A stretch of DNA of 64,000 bases, taken from the NCBI GenBank assembly GCA_934254585.1, contig CAKQLF010000006.1, forward strand, positions 2,839 to 66,838, given 5' to 3'. Below, piece after piece: positions 40,416 to 50,647 of this stretch (the first letter of the stretch is position 1; the number at the start of each line of letters is the position of its first letter). Both the position numbers and the translations under genes were made by a program. Source of the stretch: an uncultured Alphaproteobacteria bacterium. Lineage in GTDB: Bacteria; Pseudomonadota; Alphaproteobacteria; RF32; CAG-239. The notes beneath the pieces were generated by a model that saw only the letters and a list, made by a program, of their open reading frames with translations, did no database searches and had not been told where the DNA came from.

Positions 40416-41348
40416 ATGTGGTGGAATTTTTTTAAGCGCGAACCTAAACCGTTTTCTGAAGGTTATTTACCTGAAAATGATGGTCATATAATTTATTATC
40501 GACAATTCGGCAATCCGTCCGGTTTGCCGGTTTTATCCTTTCACGGTGGTCCGGGAGGCTCTTCGCGCCCTAAATATGCCAAACTGTTTGACAAGAATAA
40601 ATATCGTTTTATTCAATTTGACCAACGTGGCTGCGGTAATTCCACAGCGGAAAATTTTTTGAAAAACAATAACACTGAAGCAACTTTGAACGACGCTCTA
40701 CGTTTGTTGGAACATCTGAATATCACACAGCAAGTTATTGTCCACGGCGCGTCTTGGGGTTCTACTTTGGCTCTGCTTTTTGCCGAAGCCTATCCGCAAA
40801 AAATTTTGAAAATTATTGTTTCTTCCGTGTTTTTGGCTCGTCCCTATGATATTTCTTGGGTAAACTCCGAGAGTGAACGCTTTTATCCGGATTTGTGGGC
40901 GGAAATGCGTCAAAAAGTCCATCGCAAAGATATATATCCGGTATATCGCCGCCTGTTGTTTTCTAAAAATTATCAGGACAATCTGAAAGCCCTGACTTAT
41001 CTGGGCAGTTATGAGTATATGCTGGGGCGTTTGAAACCTCAGTTCAAACAGCCCGAAACCTTAGATATGGCTGAGTTAAATGCCGCACGAATTGCTTTTT
41101 ATTATGAAGAGCACAAATATTTCCTGAGTTCAAATCAAATAATCCAACACGCCGGTAAAATTAAAAACATTCCAACCTTAATTGTGCACAACCGTTTGGA
41201 TTTTTGCTGCCCCGTAAAACAAGCTTGGGATTTGCATCAGGCTTTGCCTAAATCACGATTAATTATCAACGCCGGCAGCGGACACTCCACCCCTCGCCTT
41301 TTTGAAGCCACAAAACAAGCTGTCTTTAATTTTTTGGAACAAAAATAA
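40416..41348 (+). CDS. pip: Proline iminopeptidase (alpha/beta hydrolase)
   Basis: HGGPGG oxyanion motif and the nucleophile elbow GASWGS. Confidence 0.8.
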   Translation: MWWNFFKREPKPFSEGYLPENDGHIIYYRQFGNPSGLPVLSFHGGPGGSSRPKYAKLFDKNKYRFIQFDQRGCGNSTAENFLKNNNTEATLNDALRLLEHLNITQQVIVHGASWGSTLALLFAEAYPQKILKIIVSSVFLARPYDISWVNSESERFYPDLWAEMRQKVHRKDIYPVYRRLLFSKNYQDNLKALTYLGSYEYMLGRLKPQFKQPETLDMAELNAARIAFYYEEHKYFLSSNQIIQHAGKIKNIPTLIVHNRLDFCCPVKQAWDLHQALPKSRLIINAGSGHSTPRLFEATKQAVFNFLEQK

Positions 41349-41351
41349 CTA

Positions 41352-42179
41352 TTATTCAGCAAACGGATTAAAACGATTGTGATAATTAATTTCCGTCAAT
41401 AATTTTTCGGCTCGCTCAAAATGCTGTCCCAACATAGAAACATCGTGCGCATCATCACTGATAATAACCGGCACACCTTGTTTGTTGAGCTCTTTCAAAA
41501 TCCAAGTGTCGGGATGCTGTATTGCTATACGATTATAGCCGCTGGTATTCAGCTCATAAGGCTGTTTGCTTTTGGCCAGAGCCTCAATCACCCGCCACTT
41601 ATATTCGTCCCATTCCGGCGTGTTGCAAATGTTGAATATAGTTATATAATCCAAGTGGGCAATAAATGTAAAATAACCGCTTTCTATTGCCGCCACAATG
41701 TTCTGCCAATAGTTGCGCAAATATTCTGTGTATTCCGGCTGATTTGGCAGATTAGGATAATATTTCAAATGATAAATATTACACAAAAAATTTTCGTTTG
41801 CGTCACGCACAAAATGAGTTGAACCTATTAAATAGTCAACCTCCAGATTTTTCAGCATTTTTTCAAAATTATCGCGCCAATACGCCGAAGGAAAAAAATC
41901 TACTTCAAAACCGATTCTGACTTTTATATTATGTTTTTCAGCTGCTTTATGAATTATATCTATGTGCTTTTGATAGCAACTTTCAGCCGTTTTGAAATCT
42001 TGAAAAAACATTGGCTGCCAACCGCCGACTATTTCCAAATTTTTATGACAAATCAGATGGTTAGAAACACCAATTTCAGCAAAACCTTTACTTTCGGCTG
42101 CCGCAATCATTTCTTCTGCCTTGTTATGTCCGTCAAAATCAAGTTCGCCGTTATGCGTGTGATATGTAAAATTTTGCAT
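41352..42179 (-). CDS. PHP-family histidinol-phosphatase-like phosphoesterase
   Basis: 275 aa. The N-terminal HTH..D..H metal-binding pattern of the PHP domain. Confidence 0.65.
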   Translation of the reverse strand: MQNFTYHTHNGELDFDGHNKAEEMIAAAESKGFAEIGVSNHLICHKNLEIVGGWQPMFFQDFKTAESCYQKHIDIIHKAAEKHNIKVRIGFEVDFFPSAYWRDNFEKMLKNLEVDYLIGSTHFVRDANENFLCNIYHLKYYPNLPNQPEYTEYLRNYWQNIVAAIESGYFTFIAHLDYITIFNICNTPEWDEYKWRVIEALAKSKQPYELNTSGYNRIAIQHPDTWILKELNKQGVPVIISDDAHDVSMLGQHFERAEKLLTEINYHNRFNPFAE

Positions 42180-42181
42180 TA

Positions 42182-43048
42182 TTATTCACCATTTTCTAAA
42201 AAATTTCGCAATAAATTAAGTTGACGCAAAGCATCTTCTCTTCCTAAATCATATACGATTTGCAACACTTTTTTATTTTTTTCAGTATGGCTTATTTTTA
42301 TATTTCGGCTCGGCCGTATCACAAAAGTATTTCCTTTTTCTCGCGCTTTTTCAATAAAATCAAGCTCATTGTTATACATAATATGCCGATTACGAACAGC
42401 GGCAGCAAATTTGGGATATTTATGATAAACAAACCGCGCCAACCACGCCAGTTTATTGGGCTTTTTTTGATATCCGCTCGCTCTTGTTTGCACAACAACA
42501 CAACGTTCATAGCCCATTTTTTGAAAGGCTTTAAGCGGTATGCTGTCACAAATTCCGCCGTCCAAATATTTTTGGCCGTTGATATCGGAAATTCGCGACA
42601 CAAAAGGCATTGACGCCGACGCTCGTAAATAGGCCAAGCCCGTTTTATCCATTTTAGAGCATTTTATATATTCCGGCAAACCTGTTTTCAGGTTGCTGCA
42701 AGTAACATAAAAATCTGTAGAGCTCGCCTCAAAATTTTGATGATTAAAAGGAAATAATTTTTCCGGAAGTTCGTGATAACAAAATTCTTCATTAACCATA
42801 TTTCCGGTCGTGAAAAAAGAGTACCAACTCATATAATTTTTATTACCGGCATAGGCAAGCGTATAATCAATGCTACGACGGTGCTGTTCGGCCACAAACG
42901 AACAGCCGTGAATGGCTCCTGCAGACACCCCGATAACTCCATCAAAAGATACTCCTTGCTCCAAAAAAACATCTAAGACACCGGCCGTATAAATTGCTCG
43001 TTGTGCTCCGCCTTCCAAAACCAAACCCGTTTTCATTCTACCTCGCAA
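42182..43048 (-). CDS. Patatin-like phospholipase
   Basis: GxGxxG (LEGGAQRA), the serine hydrolase motif GVSAGA, and a downstream DGG motif. Confidence 0.8.
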   Translation of the reverse strand: MRGRMKTGLVLEGGAQRAIYTAGVLDVFLEQGVSFDGVIGVSAGAIHGCSFVAEQHRRSIDYTLAYAGNKNYMSWYSFFTTGNMVNEEFCYHELPEKLFPFNHQNFEASSTDFYVTCSNLKTGLPEYIKCSKMDKTGLAYLRASASMPFVSRISDINGQKYLDGGICDSIPLKAFQKMGYERCVVVQTRASGYQKKPNKLAWLARFVYHKYPKFAAAVRNRHIMYNNELDFIEKAREKGNTFVIRPSRNIKISHTEKNKKVLQIVYDLGREDALRQLNLLRNFLENGE

Positions 43049-43545
43049 GACATTTGTTCATATATTCCGGATTCCGGAGTTATAATTTGCTTTTTGCCAT
43101 TATTATAACAATATCCGTTTTCCAAACGACCATCTTTATAATTGAAGCGACCTTTTAATTTGCCTTTGGAAGTATAATAATCAACGCGGCCGTGAAGTTT
43201 GCCATCTTTATATTCTGACGAAGATTTTATTGTGCGGTTCTCATAATAAATGCGCTCCGAACCATTTTTTTGCCCATCTTTATAATATGTTTTACTTTGC
43301 AAACGTCCTTTTTTATCCCAAACAGTGGTCAATCCGCTCCATCTTCCATCTTTAAAATTATGCAAAATTTTTCCGCCGCCCACACGCAACGAAAGCTTTC
43401 CGGTAAAAGGCTGTCCGTTCAGATTTTCACAATAATCAGCCATATCGTTACAATTCAGCTCTTCTATGGTTAAAACAGTTTCCTTGGCCAGCGAATCTGA
43501 TAAATAAAACAAGCCAATCAAAGTTAAAAACAAAGTTTTTTTCAT
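43033..43545 (-). CDS. MORN-repeat secreted protein / lipoprotein
   Basis: Signal peptide MKKTLFLTLIGLFYLSDSLA. Repeated YxDGxxxG units (YKDGKLHGR, YKDGRLENG, FKDGRWSG). Confidence 0.7.
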   Translation of the reverse strand: MKKTLFLTLIGLFYLSDSLAKETVLTIEELNCNDMADYCENLNGQPFTGKLSLRVGGGKILHNFKDGRWSGLTTVWDKKGRLQSKTYYKDGQKNGSERIYYENRTIKSSSEYKDGKLHGRVDYYTSKGKLKGRFNYKDGRLENGYCYNNGKKQIITPESGIYEQMSCEVE

Positions 43546-43628
43546 CTAAAAAAATCCTTTCCGTTTTTAATATAGACTCAAGTAAAAAAAATATCAATCA
43601 GCGGAAACAAAGTATTTCTTTATAAAAA

Positions 43629-43946
43629 TCAGTTATCATCATCTAAAATGATAAATTCATCATTACCGATTACATTCAAAACAGTGCGAGCTCGCTCGTC
43701 AAGCAAATCCAAATCCAAGCTTGACGAAGAAAGCAACTTCACTTTCTGTTCCCAATCTTGACGTTGCTTATCATAGCTTTCATTAACCTTTTCCGCTTCT
43801 GCAACTTTTTCCTGCAGATAAACGTATTTAAAAAAACCTCTATCACCTTTTATGGCGAAATATGAAAAATAAGAGCATAAAGCCATTAAGAGCACAATAA
43901 AACCAGAGCTTTTACATTTTGCTACAATATATGACCACAACCCCAT
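43629..43946 (-). CDS. ftsB: Septum formation initiator FtsB-like protein
   Basis: 105 aa. One TM helix followed by a coiled coil. Position upstream of the lol genes. Confidence 0.6.
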   Translation of the reverse strand: MGLWSYIVAKCKSSGFIVLLMALCSYFSYFAIKGDRGFFKYVYLQEKVAEAEKVNESYDKQRQDWEQKVKLLSSSSLDLDLLDERARTVLNVIGNDEFIILDDDN

Positions 43947-44021
43947 TTTTTCCTCACAGCCTTAAAATTTATTTTTCTAATTCGAGCATATTTTTATTAA
44001 AAAAAAGTTAGTTTACGACGT

Positions 44022-44741
44022 TTAATAAAAATTTTCTGTGTTTTTAAGAAAACGGTTATTAATTTTCCCTTGTAAGGTGCCGTCTTGCAGGCTGACAACT
44101 CTATCCATTTTGTTGGCTAAATCTATATTATGGGTGGCAATAAGAGCCGACAAGCCGGTTTCTTTGACCACTTCAAGCAAGGTTAGAAAGACATTATCCG
44201 AAGTATTGGGGTCAAGATTTCCCGTAGGTTCATCAGCCAATAAAAGTTTTGGAGCATTGGCCAGTGCCCGTGCAATGGCCACACGCTGCTGTTCACCGCC
44301 GGAAAGTTCCGCCGGACGATGATTTTCCCGATTAGACAGACCAAGTCTTTGTAACAGCCACATAGCTTTGTCTTTAGCTTCTTTATAATTTATTCCGGCA
44401 ATTAACTGTGGCAGAATAACATTTTCCGCCGCATCAAAATCAGGCAGCAAATTGTGATATTGATAAACAAATCCCAAATAATCACGACGCAGCATTGTGC
44501 GCAGGCCATCTGAATTTCCGGTACAATTTTCCCCATCAATCAAAACTTCACCGTCTGACGGCGGTTCAAGCAAACCGGCTATTTGCAACAAGGTTGATTT
44601 TCCCGAACCCGACGGACCGATTAAGGCCACCACCTCTTTAGGTTTAATTTCCAAATTAACATTTTTCAAAACTTCCAGAATTTCAGAGCCTTGTCGAAAT
44701 GTTTTATTAATATTCTTCAAAATTAAAGTTGCATTACTCAT
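44022..44741 (-). CDS. lolD: Lipoprotein-releasing system ATP-binding protein LolD
   Basis: ABC ATPase with Walker A GPSGSGKST and the signature LSGGEQQRVAIARAL. Overlaps lolC/E. Confidence 0.88.
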   Translation of the reverse strand: MSNATLILKNINKTFRQGSEILEVLKNVNLEIKPKEVVALIGPSGSGKSTLLQIAGLLEPPSDGEVLIDGENCTGNSDGLRTMLRRDYLGFVYQYHNLLPDFDAAENVILPQLIAGINYKEAKDKAMWLLQRLGLSNRENHRPAELSGGEQQRVAIARALANAPKLLLADEPTGNLDPNTSDNVFLTLLEVVKETGLSALIATHNIDLANKMDRVVSLQDGTLQGKINNRFLKNTENFY

Positions 44742-45978
44742 AGCGCAAAGCCTCCGACGGATCTAATTTTGCGGCCCGATAAGCCGGATATATCGTGGCT
44801 AAAAATGACAACAGTAAAGTCAGAGCCACAACAATTGAAACTTCCAAAGTATCCACTTTTGCCGGTAACTTTGATAAGAAATAAATTTCTGCCGAAAACA
44901 AATCTCGTCCGGAAATTGTTTGTAAAAACTGACGAATGTTTTCAATATTATGGCAAAACAACAGCCCTAAAGCCACTCCGATTCCTGTTCCGACAAAGCC
45001 GATAAACGCGCCGTCCAAAAAGAAAATCCGCATAATCATTCCCTTGGTTGCCCCCATCGTGCGCAACACAGCCACATCACGACTTTTATCTTTAACCAAC
45101 ATAATCAAACCGGTTATAATATTGAAAGCCGCCACCAAAATTATCAGCATTAAAATCAAAAACATTACATTGCGTTCAACATCAATAGCATTAAAAAAGG
45201 CAGAGTTAGTTTGTTTCCAATCATACACATAAGCATCTAAACTAACGCTCCGCTCTATAAGAGAACGCATAGCCGGCAGCTGTTTTTCGTCTTTCAGACT
45301 AACATCAATAATTGAGGCGGAATTTTTCAGGCCAAAATATTTCTGCGCCGCTGTTAAGGGCATAAAAACATAGTTGGCGTCATATTCATACATACCCATA
45401 CTGAAAGTACCAATAACCAAATAAGATTTTATACGCGGAACAGAACCGAAAGCAGTCACTTTGCCATTAGGTGAAATCAAGGTAATTTCATCACCGACAA
45501 AAACCCCCAGTTTGTTGGCCAGTTTATCGCCCAAAACCACGACATCTCCGGTGAAACTTTCCATATCTATTTGCGCAAAACCATCACGCATCACTTTCTT
45601 TTTCAGAATATCTTCTTTTTCAATTCCGCGCACCATAGCCCCCTCGGCTCCGCGAGAAGAAGAAATAAGCAGCTGTTTTTCGATTAGCGGCAACGCCATC
45701 TCAATACCCTCAATACTTTCCAAATCTTTAACTGCTTTTTTGTAATTGTTAAACGGAAATCCGGCTGATGACACAATGGAAATGTGGCCGTTAATGCCTA
45801 AAATACGATTCAATAATTCGGCCTTAAAACCATTCATCACCGACATAACAATAATGAGGGTGGCCACACCGAGCGCGATACCGGTGAAAGCAAATCCCGT
45901 TATAACCGAAATAAATCCTTCTTTGCGTTTTGCCCGCAAATATCTCCAAGCTGTTAAGCGTTCAAATTTAGAAAACAA
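44734..45978 (-). CDS. lolC: Lipoprotein-releasing system permease LolC/LolE
   Basis: 414 aa. FtsX-like permease with a large periplasmic loop between TM1 and TM2. Confidence 0.85.
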   Translation of the reverse strand: MFSKFERLTAWRYLRAKRKEGFISVITGFAFTGIALGVATLIIVMSVMNGFKAELLNRILGINGHISIVSSAGFPFNNYKKAVKDLESIEGIEMALPLIEKQLLISSSRGAEGAMVRGIEKEDILKKKVMRDGFAQIDMESFTGDVVVLGDKLANKLGVFVGDEITLISPNGKVTAFGSVPRIKSYLVIGTFSMGMYEYDANYVFMPLTAAQKYFGLKNSASIIDVSLKDEKQLPAMRSLIERSVSLDAYVYDWKQTNSAFFNAIDVERNVMFLILMLIILVAAFNIITGLIMLVKDKSRDVAVLRTMGATKGMIMRIFFLDGAFIGFVGTGIGVALGLLFCHNIENIRQFLQTISGRDLFSAEIYFLSKLPAKVDTLEVSIVVALTLLLSFLATIYPAYRAAKLDPSEALRYE

Positions 45979-46065
45979 AGTAATATCTCCTTCATATTTT
46001 GCAAAATGTAGCCTAAGACAACAAATTTTGCAACCATATCAAACCGATATACACAAGGTTAAATT

Positions 46066-47064
46066 TTATAGGCCGATTTTTTGGTTAAGTTTCAAAATAT
46101 CTATCACAGAAAAAATTGTGTAAAATTGATTAAACACTCTGTCTATTTTTTTCTTATTAACATTGCTGCGAAAAAACGAACAGGCTTCAAACATATCTTG
46201 TTTGCTGGAAATAGCCAATAACAGCTGATTATCCTTAAAACTGAACTGAATGTTTTTTCCCTCGTAAAGAGAAGTCAATTTCAGCATTCGTTCCATAAAA
46301 GCCGTTGTCAACAAATAGCGTGCCTCAATTTGGTCGGAAGAATAAACTTCAAAAATCTTTTCAAAAACGGAATCTTCCAATTTCACCCGTTGCAACCCCT
46401 TTATCTGCTTAAAAACGTTAAATAAGCCTTTATCCTCAAGCACAACCGTGCGCCCCTTAAAATTTTTGTTCATAGTCAACAAAATACATATACCGCGAAA
46501 TATTTTTTTCTTTTTCACATAGCGGTCAGATTTTTCTTTTAGGCCAAACTCATTTCTGCTTATGGTGTAATAAACCGTTTCTTTTTGCAATAACTCTTCA
46601 GAAATTACAATATTGACATCTTTATATTCACCGCAAAAATAATCATCACCGCGATGAAAATTATAGGCGGGGAACAGTTCGGAATCTTGCAATAATTTAT
46701 CCGGAAGATGCTGCTCGTTTTGATAAGTAAAATTACCGAAAAATCCGGCAAAATCTGCCATTATCGTATCTTTGGCTTTTTTCTTATAAAAATAAATCGG
46801 ACTCCGCACCAATAAAACCACAAATCCGGACAGCCCCAAAATTAAGCCTAAATCAGTCAAATCTTGAGCCGAAGCATTTAAAATAGCCCAAAGCAACAGC
46901 GGATAAAAAAACAAAGCCATAAAAAGCAAAAGCAAAAACAAGCCGAAATAGCGACGGCGTATTTTATCATTTTTTTGCAGTTTCGGTAATAAAACCTTTT
47001 GATAATAGCCATCAAAAGACACTTTCAAATCTTGATAATTTTTATCTGCCGTAAAATCAAACAT
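46066..47064 (-). CDS. Hypothetical membrane protein, paralog of 47064..47987, possibly DUF3137-like
   Basis: 332 aa. Two N-terminal TM helices. Shares motifs with the adjacent gene (FKDNQLLLAISS versus IKDNQLIIFLQNG). Confidence 0.55.
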   Translation of the reverse strand: MFDFTADKNYQDLKVSFDGYYQKVLLPKLQKNDKIRRRYFGLFLLLLFMALFFYPLLLWAILNASAQDLTDLGLILGLSGFVVLLVRSPIYFYKKKAKDTIMADFAGFFGNFTYQNEQHLPDKLLQDSELFPAYNFHRGDDYFCGEYKDVNIVISEELLQKETVYYTISRNEFGLKEKSDRYVKKKKIFRGICILLTMNKNFKGRTVVLEDKGLFNVFKQIKGLQRVKLEDSVFEKIFEVYSSDQIEARYLLTTAFMERMLKLTSLYEGKNIQFSFKDNQLLLAISSKQDMFEACSFFRSNVNKKKIDRVFNQFYTIFSVIDILKLNQKIGL

Positions 47065-47987
47065 CAGCTTTCTGCCAAATCATAGAGATTACCGACAATC
47101 TCACCTAGAGTTTCGGCTTTTTCCATTTGCAAATTAAGATTTTCAAAATCTTTTTCAGAAGCCACGGAATGCCAAGCGGAGGACTGTTGATAGCTTAATT
47201 TACCATTCTGTAAAAATATGATTAACTGATTGTCTTTGATGCGTAAATTAACTTTTGCCGCCTTAAATATTTCTTTCAAGTCTAAAATACTTTCAAACAA
47301 AGCTGAAACTAAAATATAATTTTTAATTTTTGAACTATCGGTAAAAATCTGAAAATAATTAGACGCCGGAATATTTAAGGAAATTTTTTCCAGTCCTTCA
47401 TATTTTTTTTGTTTTGCCACACCGCCTTTTTCAAACATTAAAAGCGTTCCGCGCAAATTTTGCTTAAAAGAGTAACTAAGCATTATGCCGCCACTATTTT
47501 TCACAATTTCATTTTGTTTTGTCTTGTTTTTCAACAAAGCAATTTTTTTCAATTCAAAAGCAAACTGCAAAAAATTCCCGCTGATTTTAAGTTGTTCCAC
47601 CAAATCTTCTTTAACCGGAAACAAAATATCTTTTTCTGCAAATACATTTTCTTCTTGCAGCTGCAAATTGTCATAATATTTGATATATTCGCGCAACATA
47701 TCAGTTTGCGGAATCGTTTTAGCGCGTCTTGCATACCACCACAAAAACAACACCGAAAAAGCAACAAGCAGCAACAGCTGTTCATAAGAAATAATATGGC
47801 CGGAAATCAAATGCCGAAACAACACAACCAATATATTTACACTGTTTACAAAACACAAAACACCGAAATAAAGCCAAAAGCGACTCCGAAAAGCATCACG
47901 ATTCCGGCCTTCTTCCTCCAATAGGGGTTTTAAATTTTGTTGAAAGAAATCATCAAAAGGATTGTTTTGAGAATTGTCATTTGTCAT
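47064..47987 (-). CDS. Hypothetical membrane protein, paralog of 46066..47064
   Basis: 307 aa. Same architecture as the adjacent gene. Directly downstream of lemA. Confidence 0.55.
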   Translation of the reverse strand: MTNDNSQNNPFDDFFQQNLKPLLEEEGRNRDAFRSRFWLYFGVLCFVNSVNILVVLFRHLISGHIISYEQLLLLVAFSVLFLWWYARRAKTIPQTDMLREYIKYYDNLQLQEENVFAEKDILFPVKEDLVEQLKISGNFLQFAFELKKIALLKNKTKQNEIVKNSGGIMLSYSFKQNLRGTLLMFEKGGVAKQKKYEGLEKISLNIPASNYFQIFTDSSKIKNYILVSALFESILDLKEIFKAAKVNLRIKDNQLIIFLQNGKLSYQQSSAWHSVASEKDFENLNLQMEKAETLGEIVGNLYDLAES

Positions 47988-47997
47988 TTTCTAAACC

Positions 47998-48579
47998 CTA
48001 CTTAAAATAGTTTTGACTGTTAATCGGTTGTCTTTCTGCTTCACTTATTTCAAAAAAAGGCATATTTTGAGAATTTATACCAACCAGTCTGGCAAAAATG
48101 TTTATCGGAAAAATATCGGCCAGATTTTTTAAGCTGTTAACATTAGAATTATAAAAACGGCGAGCCGCGGAAATATGCTCTTCCACCTCGTTCATACTTT
48201 GCATTGCCGCAATCATAGTTTGATTAGACTTTAAATCCGGATAATTTTCTAACGACACCTTGAAATCATTTAATTTTTGCGCCAATAAATTTTCCAACTT
48301 CATTTTTTCTTTTGGAGAATTGGCAAATGAGCTGCCCATCGCTTGAGTGCGTAGTTGAGTAAGTTCAGACATTAAGTTTTTTTCGTGTTCCATAAACTTT
48401 GCCGCCATCTGCAGCATATTGGGAATCAGATCATAACGTTTTTTCAACTGAACATCTATATCAGAGGCAGACTCCCGCACCTTATTGCGTAGAATTACCA
48501 AACGAGCATATAGCGCGTATAAAAGTACAAGAACAACAGCTGCCGTTATTATTTGCGGATTGAGCCAATCTATTTCCAT
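47998..48579 (-). CDS. lemA: LemA-family protein
   Basis: 193 aa. N-terminal TM helix and LemA core (NKVRESASDIDVQLKKRYDLIPN). Confidence 0.8.
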   Translation of the reverse strand: MEIDWLNPQIITAAVVLVLLYALYARLVILRNKVRESASDIDVQLKKRYDLIPNMLQMAAKFMEHEKNLMSELTQLRTQAMGSSFANSPKEKMKLENLLAQKLNDFKVSLENYPDLKSNQTMIAAMQSMNEVEEHISAARRFYNSNVNSLKNLADIFPINIFARLVGINSQNMPFFEISEAERQPINSQNYFK

Positions 48580-48710
48580 TTTATTCTCCTTAAATTTTTT
48601 TATGGCTTCAAATTTAAATCATTATTCTTAAAATTTTCTAAAGATAGCTGCTTATCAATGCTTGATTAGACTTTGAATTTATGCTATCATTGTTTTAGGG
48701 AGATGAAAAA

Positions 48711-49187
48711 ATGGAAGACGCAAACAGAAGTAAAAAAATCCATAATTTGTTTAATAATCTGCATCATCTGAATAAAAAAGATGCCGAAGAAGTTGTGGCG
48801 AAGAAAAAGCAATCGGAAAACGACGAGAAAAAGAAAGAAATAAGACTCAGCCGTGCAGAAATAATTAAAGGTTTGCGTATGGGAAAATCGCTAGCGTTGC
48901 AAACTGAATTACGCAATCGCTTAAAACAAGCTACAGCCCGCCGCCGCAATTCTCGACTAAAAAGAAACAATTCAGAATTTTCTCAGAATCGTGAAGAGGA
49001 ACTGCGAAAATATACACGTAATTTACCGGAAAAGCAGCGCAAATTTGTGGAAAAAATATTTAAAGAAAACGGCGTTACGCCTTATACTGTGGCATTACTT
49101 AAAAAAGTCCGCAGTGCTGACGACTATCAAAATATTCCTGACAAACCTCGCCGCGTCTACTCTCGCCAGCGTCAGCGCAGCAAATAA
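48711..49187 (+). CDS. Highly basic K/R-rich hypothetical protein
   Basis: 158 aa. No recognisable domain. Confidence 0.45.
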   Translation: MEDANRSKKIHNLFNNLHHLNKKDAEEVVAKKKQSENDEKKKEIRLSRAEIIKGLRMGKSLALQTELRNRLKQATARRRNSRLKRNNSEFSQNREEELRKYTRNLPEKQRKFVEKIFKENGVTPYTVALLKKVRSADDYQNIPDKPRRVYSRQRQRSK

Positions 49188-49280
49188 AAAATTATAAAAT
49201 TTATTCAGATTTAATATTGACAAAAAAGCTATTTTTTGCTATTTTTGGTAAGATATTTAATTATTAAAAATTTTATTACT

Positions 49281-49775
49281 ATGACTAATTATTTTACATC
49301 TTTGGTTGAGGAAAATCGTATTGCTGTTCTTACTAAACAAGTATTTAACCAACGTCTTGAGAAAGACAGCCAGTCTTCTTTTGTTCAAGTTTTGAGCCTT
49401 GATGAAGAAAAAGCCATTATCTCGCAATTTTTGAAAACAAAATCGGCCGACTGGTTAAAATTTATAAGAGAATATGTAAATCACTACCCTCTCAATCCGA
49501 ATAATTTTGTTTTGTTGGTTGATGACCTAAAAACAGATTCTGTAAAAAAATTTGTGGCCGACTACTTAAAAATGTATGGCACTAATGAAAAAGAAAGTCT
49601 GGCCATTTGCAAAAAAATTCGCGAAACCGAAGATTTTGACGAAAGTTTTTTAACGACTTTCTGCAGCACGGCTCGCCATTATTACAAAACCGTTTCTTAT
49701 CAATTAGATGATATTGATGAAAAATGGAACAAAATGTATAATGACGCTATAGCCCAAAATTCGAAATTAGTTTAA
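49281..49775 (+). CDS. Hypothetical protein
   Basis: Track ORF from 49236. The first ATG in that frame is at 49281 (MTNYFTSL). Confidence 0.45.
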   Translation: MTNYFTSLVEENRIAVLTKQVFNQRLEKDSQSSFVQVLSLDEEKAIISQFLKTKSADWLKFIREYVNHYPLNPNNFVLLVDDLKTDSVKKFVADYLKMYGTNEKESLAICKKIRETEDFDESFLTTFCSTARHYYKTVSYQLDDIDEKWNKMYNDAIAQNSKLV

Positions 49776-49916
49776 TTCGAAAAAAATAAGGTCTGATACA
49801 ATAAATCAGGCCTTATTTTGTTACAAAATCGTGACATTTTTACCTTATTTTAAATAAATATTTGCACACTTTAAAAAAAATTGATAATTTAAATAAGTAG
49901 AGCAAGGAGGCTTAAA

Positions 49917-50357
49917 ATGCGTAATTTATATAACGCGATACCTTTAACGATAGAGCAAAAAGTTGCTTATATTCGTGTACTTGCTTATATGGCAAAATCT
50001 GATTGCAATCCGGATTATATTGAACAGAATTTTACCGGTAAATTGTTGGAAAGAATGAATCTTTCACCGGATATTTTGAAAAAAATTTTTATACCTCGCA
50101 ACAATGAGGAATTGTATCGAGCTTTAATGCCGATTTGCACTCGCACCATTGCCATTGATTTATTGCATTGCCTATGGTTTGCGGCCTCGGTTAACACCAT
50201 TATTTCTGATGAGGAAATAATGATTATTCGGAAGATAGCCCAAATCTTACGCATTGATAACGATACACTTTTAAATATTCACCATTTTGTTACTGATGAA
50301 ATTATGTTTTTGCAGCACGCCAAAGACGTTTTGGAAGCAGATGACATAAAATGTTAA
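49917..50357 (+). CDS. Hypothetical protein, possibly a TerB-like helical domain
   Basis: 146 aa. AAGGAGG RBS. The helical pattern resembles TerB/DjlA-N-like domains. This is a weak call. Confidence 0.4.
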   Translation: MRNLYNAIPLTIEQKVAYIRVLAYMAKSDCNPDYIEQNFTGKLLERMNLSPDILKKIFIPRNNEELYRALMPICTRTIAIDLLHCLWFAASVNTIISDEEIMIIRKIAQILRIDNDTLLNIHHFVTDEIMFLQHAKDVLEADDIKC

Positions 50358-50364
50358 TCTCTTA

Positions 50365-50545
50365 TTGATTTGTTAAGAAGTGCTTGCTATAATCAAGGTG
50401 TTTAATAGTTCACCTAATTTTATGAGGAAAGAAAGATGAAAAATAAGCAATCAAAAGGTCTCTCTCTCTCTCTGCAAATCCTAAATGTCTGATTAAAGGC
50501 ACATTTTCTGCTGCTACAGACGTTTTTACGAGTTTTTACAGAAAA
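50365..50545 (+). promoter_or_regulatory. Pilin-family 5' cassette, copy 3
   Basis: TTGATT at 50365-50370, a 17-nt spacer, then TGcTATAAT at 50385-50393. RBS with ATG at 50436. (CT)7 at 50460-50473. Hairpin followed by GTTTTTACGAGTTTTTAC. Confidence 0.65.
50460..50473 (+). repeat. (CT)7 tract
   Basis: Counted directly. Confidence 0.9.
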
Positions 50546-50647
50546 AATGATATATTAAAAAACCATCAACTCAGCGACGATTATACAGACTCACCCCATG
50601 CGGAAGATGTCACTGGATTGCTTCGCTATGCTCGCAATGACAGTAAG

